Assembly: GCA_050298055.1 (NCBI GenBank)
Contig: JBNKTL010000005.1
Span: 39,094 to 103,093, forward strand
Reading direction: 5' to 3'
Length of the DNA stretch: 64,000 bases
From: Spirochaetota bacterium
Lineage (GTDB): Bacteria > Spirochaetota > UBA4802 > UBA5550
Every line of letters begins with the position of its first letter. Positions within the stretch are counted from its first letter, which is position 1. Position numbers and translations under genes: made by a program. This document shows positions 20,620 to 30,698 of this stretch, piece by piece. The notes below the pieces were generated by a model. It was not told where the DNA came from. It ran no database searches and was given only the letters and a program-made list of their open reading frames with translations.

Positions 20620-20710
20620 ATTTTCCATTACATCACTTCGTTCCACATGATGACAGGGTCTTCAGCTTGAAACTCGAAACTTGGAACTAAACTTATAACG
20701 GATAGATTTT

Positions 20711-21613
20711 ATGAAAATACGAATTGGAACCAGGGGAAGCCAGCTGGCCCTCTGGCAGGCGGAACATGTAGCGGGCCTTCTCGGAAGAGAGAAAACGGAA
20801 ATTGTTATTATCAAGACTAAGGGTGACCGGATACTCAATGTCTCCTTTGACAAGATGGAGGGGAAGGGCTTCTTTACAAAGGAGATCGAGGCGGCACTTC
20901 TGGAGAACAGGGTTGACCTTGCCGTTCATTCTCTCAAGGACCTTCCCACCGAGAGCGTACCGGAACTGACCGTTGCCGCCATACCTCCCCGGGAAGAGCC
21001 GTGGGATGTCCTCCTTATAAGAAAGGAAGCGCATGAAGAGACAGGTGACTTCCCGGTGAAAAAGGGGGCCGTGGTGGGAACAAGTTCCCTGAGAAGACTG
21101 GCACAGCTGAAGTATAAACGAAACGACCTCACTGTCAAAGCCCTCAGGGGCAACGTGAATACCCGGCTGCGAAAACTTAACGAAGGAGAGTACGATGCCA
21201 TTGTACTGGCCTATGCGGGGATGAAGAGGGTGGACCTTGATACAACCGGCCTGGAAGTTTTTACCATACCCCCGGATATTTTTCTCCCCGCCCCGGCACA
21301 GGGCGCCCTGGGCCTCCAGACGAGGAGGGAGGACCTGCGAACCATCAAGGCTGTAGAGCACCTGAACCATGGTGACACCGTTCGCGCGGTGACCGCGGAA
21401 AGGGCCTTCCTTCACCACTTTGGCGGAGGCTGTCACATCCCCCTGGGATCACTTGCCCTTATTGAGGATGACGAGATATCCATGCAGGGGATCGTGGCAT
21501 CAACCGACGGCAGGACCGCTTTGAAGGACACGGTCCGCGGGAAAGACCCCGGGAGAGCGGGACTTGAACTGGCAAAAAAACTAAAAGAGAAAGGGGCCGA
21601 TAAGCTCCTCTGA
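20711..21613 (+). CDS. hemC: Hydroxymethylbilane synthase
   Basis: IGTRGSQLALWQ, AVHSLKDLP, GTSSLRR, GGCHIP. Confidence 0.97.
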   Translation: MKIRIGTRGSQLALWQAEHVAGLLGREKTEIVIIKTKGDRILNVSFDKMEGKGFFTKEIEAALLENRVDLAVHSLKDLPTESVPELTVAAIPPREEPWDVLLIRKEAHEETGDFPVKKGAVVGTSSLRRLAQLKYKRNDLTVKALRGNVNTRLRKLNEGEYDAIVLAYAGMKRVDLDTTGLEVFTIPPDIFLPAPAQGALGLQTRREDLRTIKAVEHLNHGDTVRAVTAERAFLHHFGGGCHIPLGSLALIEDDEISMQGIVASTDGRTALKDTVRGKDPGRAGLELAKKLKEKGADKLL

Positions 21614-21641
21614 TACGAACAGGGAGAGAGAAGACAGCAGG

Positions 21642-22409
21642 ATGGATAAAAAGCCTCTCTACGGGAAAAAGATAGCCGTAACCAGGAACAGGGAGCAGGC
21701 GGGGTTCCTTGTTGAGATGCTTGCGTCCCGTGGCGCGGATGTCATTGAATTTCCTACCATTGAGGTAAAGCCCCTTGATGACCTTTCCGGCCTTGAAAAA
21801 GCCATAAGCGAGATCGAGAGTTTTCACTGGATCTTTCTAACGTCCCGGAACGCGGTCACGGTTTTTTTTGATAAACTGAAAGAGATGGGTCTTCCCAGGG
21901 AAAGTCTTACCGGTACCGGTTTTGCTGCTGTGGGGCCCGCAACAGCAAGGTGCCTTGAAAGTTACGGGATAAAGCCGGAACTTGTTCCCGATGAATTTGT
22001 CGCCGAAGGACTGGTTGAAGCATCGGCCAGGACCGGTGTCAGCGGGAAGAAGATCCTCCTGCCGTCGGCTGCGGGGGCCCGGGATGTTCTTGCAGGGGGC
22101 CTCAGGGATCTCGGGGCGGACGTGGTGCGGATAAACACGTACCATTCGGTAAAACCGGAATCGGCCCCCGCGAAGAGGGTCAGGGCCGTAAAGGAGGCGG
22201 ATGTCATTACCCTTACCAGCTCCTCAACGGCGGAAAACCTCTTCTCCCTTGTCCCGGATATATCGAGTATCTACGCGTGCATCGGTCCCGCCACGGCGGA
22301 TACCGTGAGAAAACTTGGCCGCGAGCCGCATATTATTGCCGGGGAGTATACACTGGCGGGACTTGTGGATGCCATTGTTGACTACTATTCGGGTATAATT
22401 GAATTGTGA
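21642..22409 (+). CDS. hemD: Uroporphyrinogen-III synthase
   Basis: VTR, TSRNAV, VGPATA, TSSSTA, CIGPATA; no fused methyltransferase domain. Confidence 0.93.
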   Translation: MDKKPLYGKKIAVTRNREQAGFLVEMLASRGADVIEFPTIEVKPLDDLSGLEKAISEIESFHWIFLTSRNAVTVFFDKLKEMGLPRESLTGTGFAAVGPATARCLESYGIKPELVPDEFVAEGLVEASARTGVSGKKILLPSAAGARDVLAGGLRDLGADVVRINTYHSVKPESAPAKRVRAVKEADVITLTSSSTAENLFSLVPDISSIYACIGPATADTVRKLGREPHIIAGEYTLAGLVDAIVDYYSGIIEL

Positions 22410-22476
22410 TTGAAAATTATTAACTCACTTGCAATTATGAATGCCTTTTCAAAATATTTTAAATGGAGGAAACCAG

Positions 22477-23448
22477 ATGGACCTTGTCAACAGACCCCGG
22501 CGATTGAGGAAAAACAGTATTATCAGAGACCTGACCGCGGAGACCATTCTGGATACCCGGAAACTGATATTCCCCTACTTTGTCACCGAAGGAAGCAGGA
22601 TAAGAACACCTATCGAATCCATGCCGGGGATAGACAGGGTCTCCGTGGACAATCTCCTGAAAGACCTGGAGGGCGACCATAAGCGGGGAATTAATACCAT
22701 CCTCCTCTTCGGAATTCCCCACAAAAAGGATGAAACGGGGACCGGGGCGTATTCTGACAGCGGGATCGTCCAGAAAGCGGTGAGGGAGATAAAGAAGAAC
22801 TTTCCCGGTGTCTATGTGATTACCGACGTCTGTCTCTGTGAATTTACCGATCACGGGCACTGCGGAATTGTCAGAGACGGGGACGTTTTAAACGATCCCA
22901 CACTGGAGCTTCTCAGCAGGACCGCGGTCTCCCAGGCCATGGCGGGGGCCGATATGGTTGCGCCCTCTGACATGATGGACGGACGGGTGGGAGCAATACG
23001 GGAGGCCCTGGACGCCAAAGGGCTGACAGATGTGCCCATAATGTCCTATGCCGCCAAGTACAGCTCCGCCTTTTACGGCCCCTTCAGGGACGCCGCGGGG
23101 AGCGCCCCGCAGTTCGGGGACCGGAGAAGCTACCAGATGGATTTCAGGAACGGGATAGAGGCGGAAAAGGAGGTCCTCATGGATATCGATGAGGGGGCCG
23201 ATATTGTCATGGTGAAGCCGGCACTCTCCTACCTTGATATAATCTCCCGGGTCAAAGACATCGTGGACCTGCCGGTCTGCGCCTATAATGTCAGCGGCGA
23301 ATACTCCATGGTAAAGGCCGCGGCGAAGCTGGGCATGGGTGACGAGGAGAGACTCACCGTTGAGATCCTGGGATCGATTTTCCGGGCGGGTGCTGACATG
23401 ATCATAACATACCATGCCCGGGATGTACTGAAGAATGGCTGGTTTTAA
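22477..23448 (+). CDS. hemB: Porphobilinogen synthase
   Basis: DVCLCEFTDHGHCG, APSDMMDGR, MVKPALSYLD; RBS GGAGG before ATG 22477. Confidence 0.97.
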   Translation: MDLVNRPRRLRKNSIIRDLTAETILDTRKLIFPYFVTEGSRIRTPIESMPGIDRVSVDNLLKDLEGDHKRGINTILLFGIPHKKDETGTGAYSDSGIVQKAVREIKKNFPGVYVITDVCLCEFTDHGHCGIVRDGDVLNDPTLELLSRTAVSQAMAGADMVAPSDMMDGRVGAIREALDAKGLTDVPIMSYAAKYSSAFYGPFRDAAGSAPQFGDRRSYQMDFRNGIEAEKEVLMDIDEGADIVMVKPALSYLDIISRVKDIVDLPVCAYNVSGEYSMVKAAAKLGMGDEERLTVEILGSIFRAGADMIITYHARDVLKNGWF

Positions 23449-23460
23449 GAGAGGAAGAAA

Positions 23461-23616
23461 TTAAACATGAAGTGCACGAAGCAAGAGTTTTATAATGTTA
23501 AGTTTTAAATTTTGAATGTTAAATTAAAGAAATCGTTTTTGATTAGATAATTCAAAATTAAAAATTTAACATTCAACATTATCCGAAACTTCATGTACTT
23601 CGTGTACTTCGTGGTG
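23461..23616. repeat. Nested palindromic intergenic element
   Basis: Outer CATGAAGTGCACGAAG / CTTCATGTACTTCGTGTACTTCGTG; inner heptamer arms AATGTTAAGTTTTAAATTTTGAATGTTAAATT / AATTCAAAATTAAAAATTTAACATTCAACATT. Confidence 0.7.
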
Positions 23617-23669
23617 AAAAAATCTTAAAAAGAAATTTTTTATATGAAAAAAAACAACCGGAGCAATAA

Positions 23670-24959
23670 ATGAATAGGGAAAAATCAGAAAGGTTATACA
23701 CTGAAGCACTGAATTACATGCCGGCGGGTGTTAACTCCCCTGTCAGGGCTTTCCGGTCCGTGGGGGGCACACCGGTTTTCATGAAGAGCGGCAGCGGATC
23801 ACATCTTGTTGATGAAGACGGCAATGAGTATATTGACTACTGCATGTCGTGGGGACCCATGATCCTGGGGCACGCGGACAGGGACATTATTGAAGCGGTC
23901 AGGGAAGCGGCCCTGAAGGGGACCAGCTTTGGTACACCTAACAGGTATGAGGTTGAACTGTCAAAAGGGGTAACAGGGGCCTTCCCTTCCATGGAGAAGG
24001 TCCGGTTTGTCAATTCGGGAACAGAGGCGACCATGTCGGCCATAAGGCTTGCCCGGGGTTACACCGGCAGGGACAGGATCGTAAAGTTTGACGGCTGTTA
24101 TCACGGCCATGCTGATTTTCTCCTCGTTGCCGCAGGTTCGGGACTTGCGACCTTCGGGGCCCCCGATTCAGCCGGTGTTACCGCGGACAATGCAAAGGAC
24201 ACACTTGTGGTCCCCTATAACGATATTGAAGGCCTGGAAAAACTTCTTGAACAAGAGGGAAAGAATACCGCGGCCATAATCCTTGAGCCTGTTCCCTGTA
24301 ACTATGGTCTCATCCTTCCCAACAGAGGTTACCTGGAAAAACTGAGGGAACTCTGTGACAGATATGGGATCGTTCTGATATTCGATGAGGTCATAAACGG
24401 TTTCCGGCTCGCTTTGGGAGGTGCCCAGGAATACTATGGTGTAAAGGCTGACCTGACGACCCTGGGGAAGATAATCGGTGGCGGCCTTCCCGTTGGCGCC
24501 TACGGGGGAAAAAAGGAGATCATGGACAAAATTGCCCCTGACGGTCCCGTGTACCAGGCAGGAACACTCTCGGGAAATCCTCTTGCAATGACGGCGGGAA
24601 TTGTCACACTGAAAAAACTTGGCGGCGGAAATATTTATCCTGAACTGAAGAAGAAGGGTGAGTCTCTGAAGAAAAAGCTGGAACCTGTTTTGGACCGGTA
24701 CAGGGGGAAGGTGCTCTACCAGGAGCTGGAATCAATATTTTCGCTCTATTTTACTGACCGGGAGGTCATTACCTCCGTGGACCAGGTGAGAGGGTGTGAT
24801 ATGAAGAAGTTCGGTGAGTTCCATTCCCGGATGCTTTCCCGGGGGATCTATCTCTCACCTTCAGGATATGAAGTGGGCTTTCTCTCAACTGTGCATACCG
24901 AGGAAGATCTTGACAGGACAGCAGTTGCAGTTGAGGAATCGTTAAAGGCTATTTTCTGA
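23670..24959 (+). CDS. hemL: Glutamate-1-semialdehyde 2,1-aminomutase
   Basis: PAGVNSPVRAF, NSGTEATM, GCYHGH, LGKIIGGGLP, GTLSGNP. Confidence 0.97.
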   Translation: MNREKSERLYTEALNYMPAGVNSPVRAFRSVGGTPVFMKSGSGSHLVDEDGNEYIDYCMSWGPMILGHADRDIIEAVREAALKGTSFGTPNRYEVELSKGVTGAFPSMEKVRFVNSGTEATMSAIRLARGYTGRDRIVKFDGCYHGHADFLLVAAGSGLATFGAPDSAGVTADNAKDTLVVPYNDIEGLEKLLEQEGKNTAAIILEPVPCNYGLILPNRGYLEKLRELCDRYGIVLIFDEVINGFRLALGGAQEYYGVKADLTTLGKIIGGGLPVGAYGGKKEIMDKIAPDGPVYQAGTLSGNPLAMTAGIVTLKKLGGGNIYPELKKKGESLKKKLEPVLDRYRGKVLYQELESIFSLYFTDREVITSVDQVRGCDMKKFGEFHSRMLSRGIYLSPSGYEVGFLSTVHTEEDLDRTAVAVEESLKAIF

Positions 24960-25031
24960 TTTTTATTTATGGTTTTTAACTTAATTCAATGTAAAAGATA
25001 TTTTAAACATTTTAATAAAAGGAGTTTCAAT

Positions 25032-25520
25032 GTGAAAATAAGAAGTTGTATAATAGCAGTGATGGCAGTGACCTCGATGGCAGTTTTCGGATGCAAGGAT
25101 AAAGCTCCGGACGGCAACCAGGGACTTCCCAAGGGTCATCCTGCTCTTGATATGCAGTCGCATCCCAAAATTGATACAAAATCAGAAATAAAAATTGCTC
25201 CGGGATCAATAGAGAAGGCCTCCGGAGGATACACTGTTTCGGAAATCTTTGGGAAAAAAGCCGCTCTGAACGGCAAGAGCGTAAAGGTCAGGGGGACGGT
25301 CACTAAATTCAATGCTAATATTATGAGCAGAAACTGGCTGCATCTGCAGGATGGAACCGGTGGTCCCGGTGAAAACGACCTGACGGTCACAACAATCAGC
25401 AAGGCCGCAGTAGGCCAGAGAGTCCTCATTGAAGGAAAGCTTACTCTTGATAAGGACTTTGGTGCCGGCTATAAGTATCCCGTTATCGTGGAAGGAGCTA
25501 CCGTCACAGTAGAAAAGTAG
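25032..25520 (+). CDS. Lipoprotein with OB-fold-like domain and LPxGHP motif
   Basis: GTG start after AAGGAG; lipobox VFG-C; LPKGHP; NIMSRNWLHLQDGTG...DKDFGAGY. Confidence 0.75.
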   Translation: MKIRSCIIAVMAVTSMAVFGCKDKAPDGNQGLPKGHPALDMQSHPKIDTKSEIKIAPGSIEKASGGYTVSEIFGKKAALNGKSVKVRGTVTKFNANIMSRNWLHLQDGTGGPGENDLTVTTISKAAVGQRVLIEGKLTLDKDFGAGYKYPVIVEGATVTVEK

Positions 25521-25545
25521 ATGGATATTATGGAACCTGTTTTGG

Positions 25546-25579
25546 AAGGGGAAGGTTGTTCAGCCTCTCCCCTTTTTTT
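25546..25579 (+). terminator. Rho-independent terminator closing the ccm-hem operon
   Basis: AAGGGGAAGG...CCTCTCCCC hairpin followed by T7. Confidence 0.7.
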
Positions 25580-25681
25580 ATGAGAGGCTTTCTAAAAGTC
25601 ATATGAGATATTATTTTGTTTGACTTTTAAATAATATATCATATTCTATACAAACTCAGGATTTCATTATTCAATTACGAG

Positions 25682-26128
25682 ATGAAACTTAAACTTAAAA
25701 ATTTATCAATAGGTAAAATTAACGGAGTCTTAATTACTGCAGTTCTTTCGATCCTCGTTGTCTGGTCCATTCAGAAAGGAGTCCTGAGTTCAGCAAGCAG
25801 TGCGGAAGTGAAGAAACATGCATCGGTTTATTTTCCCGTTAAGTCCCACGATTTTGGAAAGGTTACCGGCGCTAAAACAGTCAGTCATAAATTTATTTTT
25901 TATAACAGGGGAGGAGATATTCTTCTGATAAAGAAGATCACCGCGGGATGAGGATGCACTGCTGCTCTTTTAACAGAAAAGAGCATACCTGCCGGGGGCA
26001 GAGGAGAACTTAAGATAAGCCTGAATACAAAAGGGCACAGGGGCAGGATTTCAAGGACTATAAAAGTCTATACCAATGATCCGGAGAAACCTGTGATACG
26101 TATCAGTATATCGGCCCTGTCGGGATAA
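25682..26128 (+). CDS. DUF1573-family exported selenoprotein (Sec90, UGC motif)
   Basis: In-frame TGA at 25949-25951 in ITAG-U-GCTA replaces the first Cys of the DUF1573 xCGCT motif; the frame continues 58 aa with IPAGGRGEL...TIKVYTNDP; hairpin at 25963-25985. Confidence 0.85.
25963..25985 (+). promoter_or_regulatory. Putative bacterial SECIS element
   Basis: TGCTCTTTT-AACAG-AAAAGAGCA, a 9-bp stem separated from the in-frame TGA by 11 nt. Confidence 0.7.
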
Positions 26129-26180
26129 TCCAACAAACTGAATTTTAAAATTTCCCTTGTTATTTATAGGATCAAAGAGA

Positions 26181-27053
26181 ATGGATATACAACTGAAGGG
26201 TCCAAAACTCTCCAGGTTTAAAATAAAAACCCTTATCTATTTCAAAGCGCTGGCTGTCTTTTTGTTGACATTTCTCATTCTTTTTCTGCTCATAAAAGGG
26301 ATTCGAAGCTTCTCAGAGTATCGAGAGTGGAAACACGCAGTTAAAACTATCCCAGAAAAAGAGATCAGAAAACTTGAAATGGTAAAGAAACAGTTCAGCT
26401 ATGAACAGGTGATCCAGACATGGTATGTCCCCCCGTATAAGGAATGGTTGAAACCGATTAACTGGCTGATCTATTCGGAAAACTGCATATTATGTGGAAA
26501 ACTCAATGTCATGAAGTTTGTGGGAATGATCCCGGGGGAGTGGACAGTTAAGGATTTCAAAAAAAAACTGGAAGGATTTGATTTTGCAAATGAATGGGCA
26601 CTTCACACGGGAAAGTATCCCATAACTGACAGGATTTTGTCTGATGTAAGCAGAAGGCTAACCGGGAACAGGTCCATTAAGTACAGGTGGTATTCCATTA
26701 AAAACCTGGATGAACTCATTTACCTGGCAAGGAGAGGGCACCATGTCTTTATCTATACGCAGGTCTGGCTGGGGCCGTCAAAGAAATACCCGAAAGCAGT
26801 AAAGTATCTTGGAAAGAACTATTCACATGCGTGCACAATTACCGGAATTAAATCCTATGATCCCGTGGAGGATATCATCGAGTTTTCCGTAAATGAGACC
26901 CTGCCCGCCACGGAATTCACATACACACCGGTATACAGTAAGCTTAAAAAAAAGGATGGATGTAATCTCTTTGACAGACAGAGTGTTCCCTATATAATTC
27001 CCTCGGGAGATTTAGCACGATCAGGATATGTTATCAGGGTTGAGGATGAGTAA
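26181..27053 (+). CDS. Membrane-anchored hypothetical protein, possibly papain-like peptidase fold
   Basis: One N-terminal TM; ENCILC ... YSHACTITG ... SVNE recalls Cys-His-Asn order (weak). Confidence 0.4.
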   Translation: MDIQLKGPKLSRFKIKTLIYFKALAVFLLTFLILFLLIKGIRSFSEYREWKHAVKTIPEKEIRKLEMVKKQFSYEQVIQTWYVPPYKEWLKPINWLIYSENCILCGKLNVMKFVGMIPGEWTVKDFKKKLEGFDFANEWALHTGKYPITDRILSDVSRRLTGNRSIKYRWYSIKNLDELIYLARRGHHVFIYTQVWLGPSKKYPKAVKYLGKNYSHACTITGIKSYDPVEDIIEFSVNETLPATEFTYTPVYSKLKKKDGCNLFDRQSVPYIIPSGDLARSGYVIRVEDE

Positions 27054-27073
27054 AGACCCATAAAGGAGAAGTA

Positions 27074-28624
27074 ATGAGAAATCTGTTAATTATATTTACC
27101 GGTGTTATACTCTGTCTTGCTGCCTGCAAGAAAGGAGGAACAACTGCCGGGACTGCCGATTATAAAGATGCCACAGAAGCGGATCTGCCGCTGACACTAA
27201 TTACCGAGACAAAGGTCATAAAGGGATATAATGAGAAGTCAACCCCCGATAAATATGACAGGGTCGGATATAACAGGTATTATCTCAAGGGCCAGTCCAA
27301 CAGCAGGATGCCCATACTGATCATCGTATCAGGTTATGTTGTGGATACCACATGGTTTAACAGGATGGCCAGGGACCTTGTTGCGCGAAAGAATGTTGAG
27401 GTCTGGACCATTAACAGGAGGGAGTCCCTCGTAGAGAACAGGGCGGCCCTTGATAAGGATATTAACGACTTCATGGCACATCCGGGAAAGAGGAAACAGC
27501 TTATCAGAAAGATGAACAGAACATCCAACTACCTCAAGGGGAAGGATGAGTATATCAGGAACTGGGGCTTCACTGTCTTTATGAATGATATTAAGGCTGT
27601 TGTTAACGAAGCAAAAAAACTGAGCCGCAACATATTCCTGGGAGGATGGTCTGACGGTGTGGAATACTGCATGATATATGCAAACTACAGGTTCACAAGC
27701 GGTTTCGGTTCCGGGGACCTCAGGGGACTGGTTTTCCTGGATGAAAATCCCGAGTGGGGAAATCTCTCGGGGAAGGAAGAGGAACTTAAGAAAAAGATAG
27801 AGAGGCAGATAAAACTAATGGAGGGAGGACATCTCTACATGAACTACTATCCCTCCCTTGCCGTGCATACCCTTGCCATGGAACTTGCTTCCAGGGCCCC
27901 CGGCGGGAAAAGTCCCCTGGCAGAGTATTTTAAACTCCCTGAAGCTGTAATGAAATCCGGGATAACCAACCGGGGACTCATCGGATGGCTCTATGATAAG
28001 GATGTTACAAATTACGGTAAGAACGTCAGGGGGGGCTTTGCGTATCTTTTAAGATCGGGTGACCTTGAGGTTCCTGAAATGCAGGACAATAACGGCCATG
28101 AAGAAAAGAGTGAAGAGAAAACTGACGGACCTGATAAAAATGAAAAAAACCCCGGAAAAGAGAAGAGTGAAAATACCGGCGGTCTCTGCAGGTGGAAATC
28201 GTTCAAAGAAACGGGGGAAGTTACGGATATTAACCTGATGATCAGCAGGTACAGGTCTACGGGAAATTACTGGGAATATTTTTATCCGCGAAAAGTACTC
28301 CTGGATTATTTCCAGATGGGCCTGTGTGACTTTGAGTGTCCCGGTTTCAATGTTTTTGCCAATAAGGAGAACAGTCTGCCTGTTTACTATATTTTAACCG
28401 GAACGAACAATGTGGGTAAAGGTATCCCTTCGGGACTGAAATGGTATTTGGAAAAAAGCAGTATCAAGATTGAACAGGTTGTTTTTAACAGGCTTTATGA
28501 TTACGCCCATGGGGATATCTATTTCGCAGAGAATGCTCCGGCAAAGATTTACCGGCCTCTCTATGAGTGGCTGCTAAAAACTTCCGGTCTAAAGAATCCG
28601 GATAAAAAAGAGAGGAATAAATAA
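27074..28624 (+). CDS. Lipoprotein, alpha/beta-hydrolase-like
   Basis: Lipobox LAA-C, nucleophile-elbow-like GWSDG, C-terminal YAHGD. Confidence 0.6.
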   Translation: MRNLLIIFTGVILCLAACKKGGTTAGTADYKDATEADLPLTLITETKVIKGYNEKSTPDKYDRVGYNRYYLKGQSNSRMPILIIVSGYVVDTTWFNRMARDLVARKNVEVWTINRRESLVENRAALDKDINDFMAHPGKRKQLIRKMNRTSNYLKGKDEYIRNWGFTVFMNDIKAVVNEAKKLSRNIFLGGWSDGVEYCMIYANYRFTSGFGSGDLRGLVFLDENPEWGNLSGKEEELKKKIERQIKLMEGGHLYMNYYPSLAVHTLAMELASRAPGGKSPLAEYFKLPEAVMKSGITNRGLIGWLYDKDVTNYGKNVRGGFAYLLRSGDLEVPEMQDNNGHEEKSEEKTDGPDKNEKNPGKEKSENTGGLCRWKSFKETGEVTDINLMISRYRSTGNYWEYFYPRKVLLDYFQMGLCDFECPGFNVFANKENSLPVYYILTGTNNVGKGIPSGLKWYLEKSSIKIEQVVFNRLYDYAHGDIYFAENAPAKIYRPLYEWLLKTSGLKNPDKKERNK

Positions 28625-29490
28625 TGACACCTCCTGATCATCTCGTCATTGGATTTTCCCTGGCCAATGTTTTTTACAGTATACTGATCATACTGAGGAA
28701 GCGATGGTTTGGATATTTTTTTCTCCTGCTCCTTTTCGGTATTGTATCGGTCTCCCCTGATATCGATTCCTTCTTTGGTAACTATACGTCAATAGATCCA
28801 TGGATCGGACACAGGGGTGTAACGCACTCGCTTATTGGCGTGTTTGTTCTCGGTCTCGGGCTTACTCTTGTTTTTTCATTTCTTGCCCTGGTTGTCAGGT
28901 TGATAGGGGGTTACTGGAGATATCTCGTTCACTTCTTTACAAACAGGACGCCCGGTGAAAGAAGCGGCTTTATTCTGTGGAAATATCTTCTCGAGCCGTT
29001 TTGTTTCAAAAGGCTCCTTCTCCTCTTTGCCGGCACATTTGTTGTGGGATATTCCCATCTCCTGGTAGATATGGTACAGCCGCCCAGTGTATGGAAGGGT
29101 GTCCCCCTCTTTTTCCCTGTAAAGGTTAATGGGGAGTATCTGAGAAGCGGCGGATGGAACCTGATTGGCTGGTACGATCTCAAAATATCTCTGGTTCTTA
29201 TCGCATCTTTTGTGGGCACCATACCGGTTGTATTCCTCGGGAAACTGTTCGACTTTGCCCGGCTGAAGTATGTGGCCGCACCTCTCCTTGTCCTGGTGAT
29301 TCTCTTTAACACAGGTGTTTATATCTGGATAGGGAGCTATATATCCTCCAATAATTATTCGGGGAATGCCGACTGGTACAGGTATCAGATGAAAATTGTC
29401 GATACCTTCCCGTCACCAATAAAAGAAACAACACTGAAAGGGAAAACTATTTTTCTTACTCTTTTCAGGCAGATGAGGAAAAAGAAGTAA
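28624..29490 (+). CDS. YdjM-like metal-dependent membrane hydrolase
   Basis: H near the N-terminus, PDID, HRGVTHSL, SHLLVD; multiple TM. Confidence 0.85.
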   Translation: MTPPDHLVIGFSLANVFYSILIILRKRWFGYFFLLLLFGIVSVSPDIDSFFGNYTSIDPWIGHRGVTHSLIGVFVLGLGLTLVFSFLALVVRLIGGYWRYLVHFFTNRTPGERSGFILWKYLLEPFCFKRLLLLFAGTFVVGYSHLLVDMVQPPSVWKGVPLFFPVKVNGEYLRSGGWNLIGWYDLKISLVLIASFVGTIPVVFLGKLFDFARLKYVAAPLLVLVILFNTGVYIWIGSYISSNNYSGNADWYRYQMKIVDTFPSPIKETTLKGKTIFLTLFRQMRKKK

Positions 29491-30273
29491 TCAGAACCTC
29501 AGTTTTACCCCTGTATTAATTATCCCTTTGTTTTCACTTCCCTCTATTCCGACATTTTTACCAGCTTCGAGGATATCATTGATTCTGCTTTTATTCTTCA
29601 AGTAGCTGTATCCGTAATATCCGGCCGCAGGATAACCGATTGCTGCTGATACGATGCATAAAATAACGATAACAGTACTTATCAATCCAAACTGGAGGAC
29701 CGCATAAAAAAGATATCCGATACCCAGGGAGATTGTGCTGCTTGCAGAGTAAAACATGAAGTTATACCTGTTAGAGAGGATGTTCTCCTTTTCAAAGTAT
29801 TTATATTTTATGAGGTATTCCGGGGGAAGAAAGTCAACATCTTCTTTTGTTCCGGTATCGAGCTGGAAACTTCCGGTAATGGGATAGTTCATATAACTGA
29901 AATATCGTGAATTAACCGGTTTGTTGTTAAACATTCTCTCAATTGTATAGGTATAACCGCTGTTTTCAAGAGTCTGAGGAAGCCGGACGGAATAAAATTC
30001 CCCGTAATAGAGTTTCGGTGCTATGATGAATTTCTGGGGAGATGCCTGCCTATTCTCCTTTTTCTTCAGGGTGATTCTGTATTTTGTCTCTTTCCCATCT
30101 TTATATCCGTAAATATCTTTCCATATAAAGGATGGGCGATTGTTGCTAATACTGTCACAGGGATAAAGCAACGGTTTAACGGGGCTCCTCGATTCTGCAT
30201 AAATAGAGGAATAGATGAAGATACATGAAACCGTTATAGATGTGTATATTCGATATCTTATCATCTGGATCAA
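29491..30273 (-). CDS. Hypothetical exported/membrane protein
   Basis: 260-aa ORF with signal-like N-terminus and two C-terminal hydrophobic helices. Confidence 0.6.
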   Translation of the reverse strand: MIQMIRYRIYTSITVSCIFIYSSIYAESRSPVKPLLYPCDSISNNRPSFIWKDIYGYKDGKETKYRITLKKKENRQASPQKFIIAPKLYYGEFYSVRLPQTLENSGYTYTIERMFNNKPVNSRYFSYMNYPITGSFQLDTGTKEDVDFLPPEYLIKYKYFEKENILSNRYNFMFYSASSTISLGIGYLFYAVLQFGLISTVIVILCIVSAAIGYPAAGYYGYSYLKNKSRINDILEAGKNVGIEGSENKGIINTGVKLRF

Positions 30274-30355
30274 ATAAAAGTCGAGCTGGAGTTAGTCTGT
30301 TTTAATGAGAGCGATTGTCAAGAGAGTTTTCCGGTTTGGGCCCAGTTATTTGAAA

Positions 30356-30512
30356 GGGTCAGAGCATATAGGAAAAAAGCAGATGCAATTATGTCATCTG
30401 GATATATAATTTATCAGAAAAATGCATTATTTTACAATAGATGCTGCTCTGTCCCCTATATTTTTGTTCTAGAGGGTCAGAGCATAGTTTATTTCACAAT
30501 TGCTCCTGACCC
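30356..30512. repeat. REP-like GGGTCAGAGCA doublets
   Basis: GGGTCAGAGCA at 30356 and 30474; inverted variants TGCTCTGTCCC at 30445 and TGCTCCTGACCC at 30501. Confidence 0.75.
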
Positions 30513-30698
30513 ATAAATATGATTTATACTAACTTGACAAATTGTGGTATGTATAAATTTATTGAACAATCCTTATAATCATTTAAAGAAACAACAGAGT
30601 AACATTTAGCAAAAGTTAAAGACAGATTGTTTAAGTCTTTTAAAAACAATTGTTGAAAACAGAATTAATTTTGTTTAACCTTCAAAGGAGTATAGATT

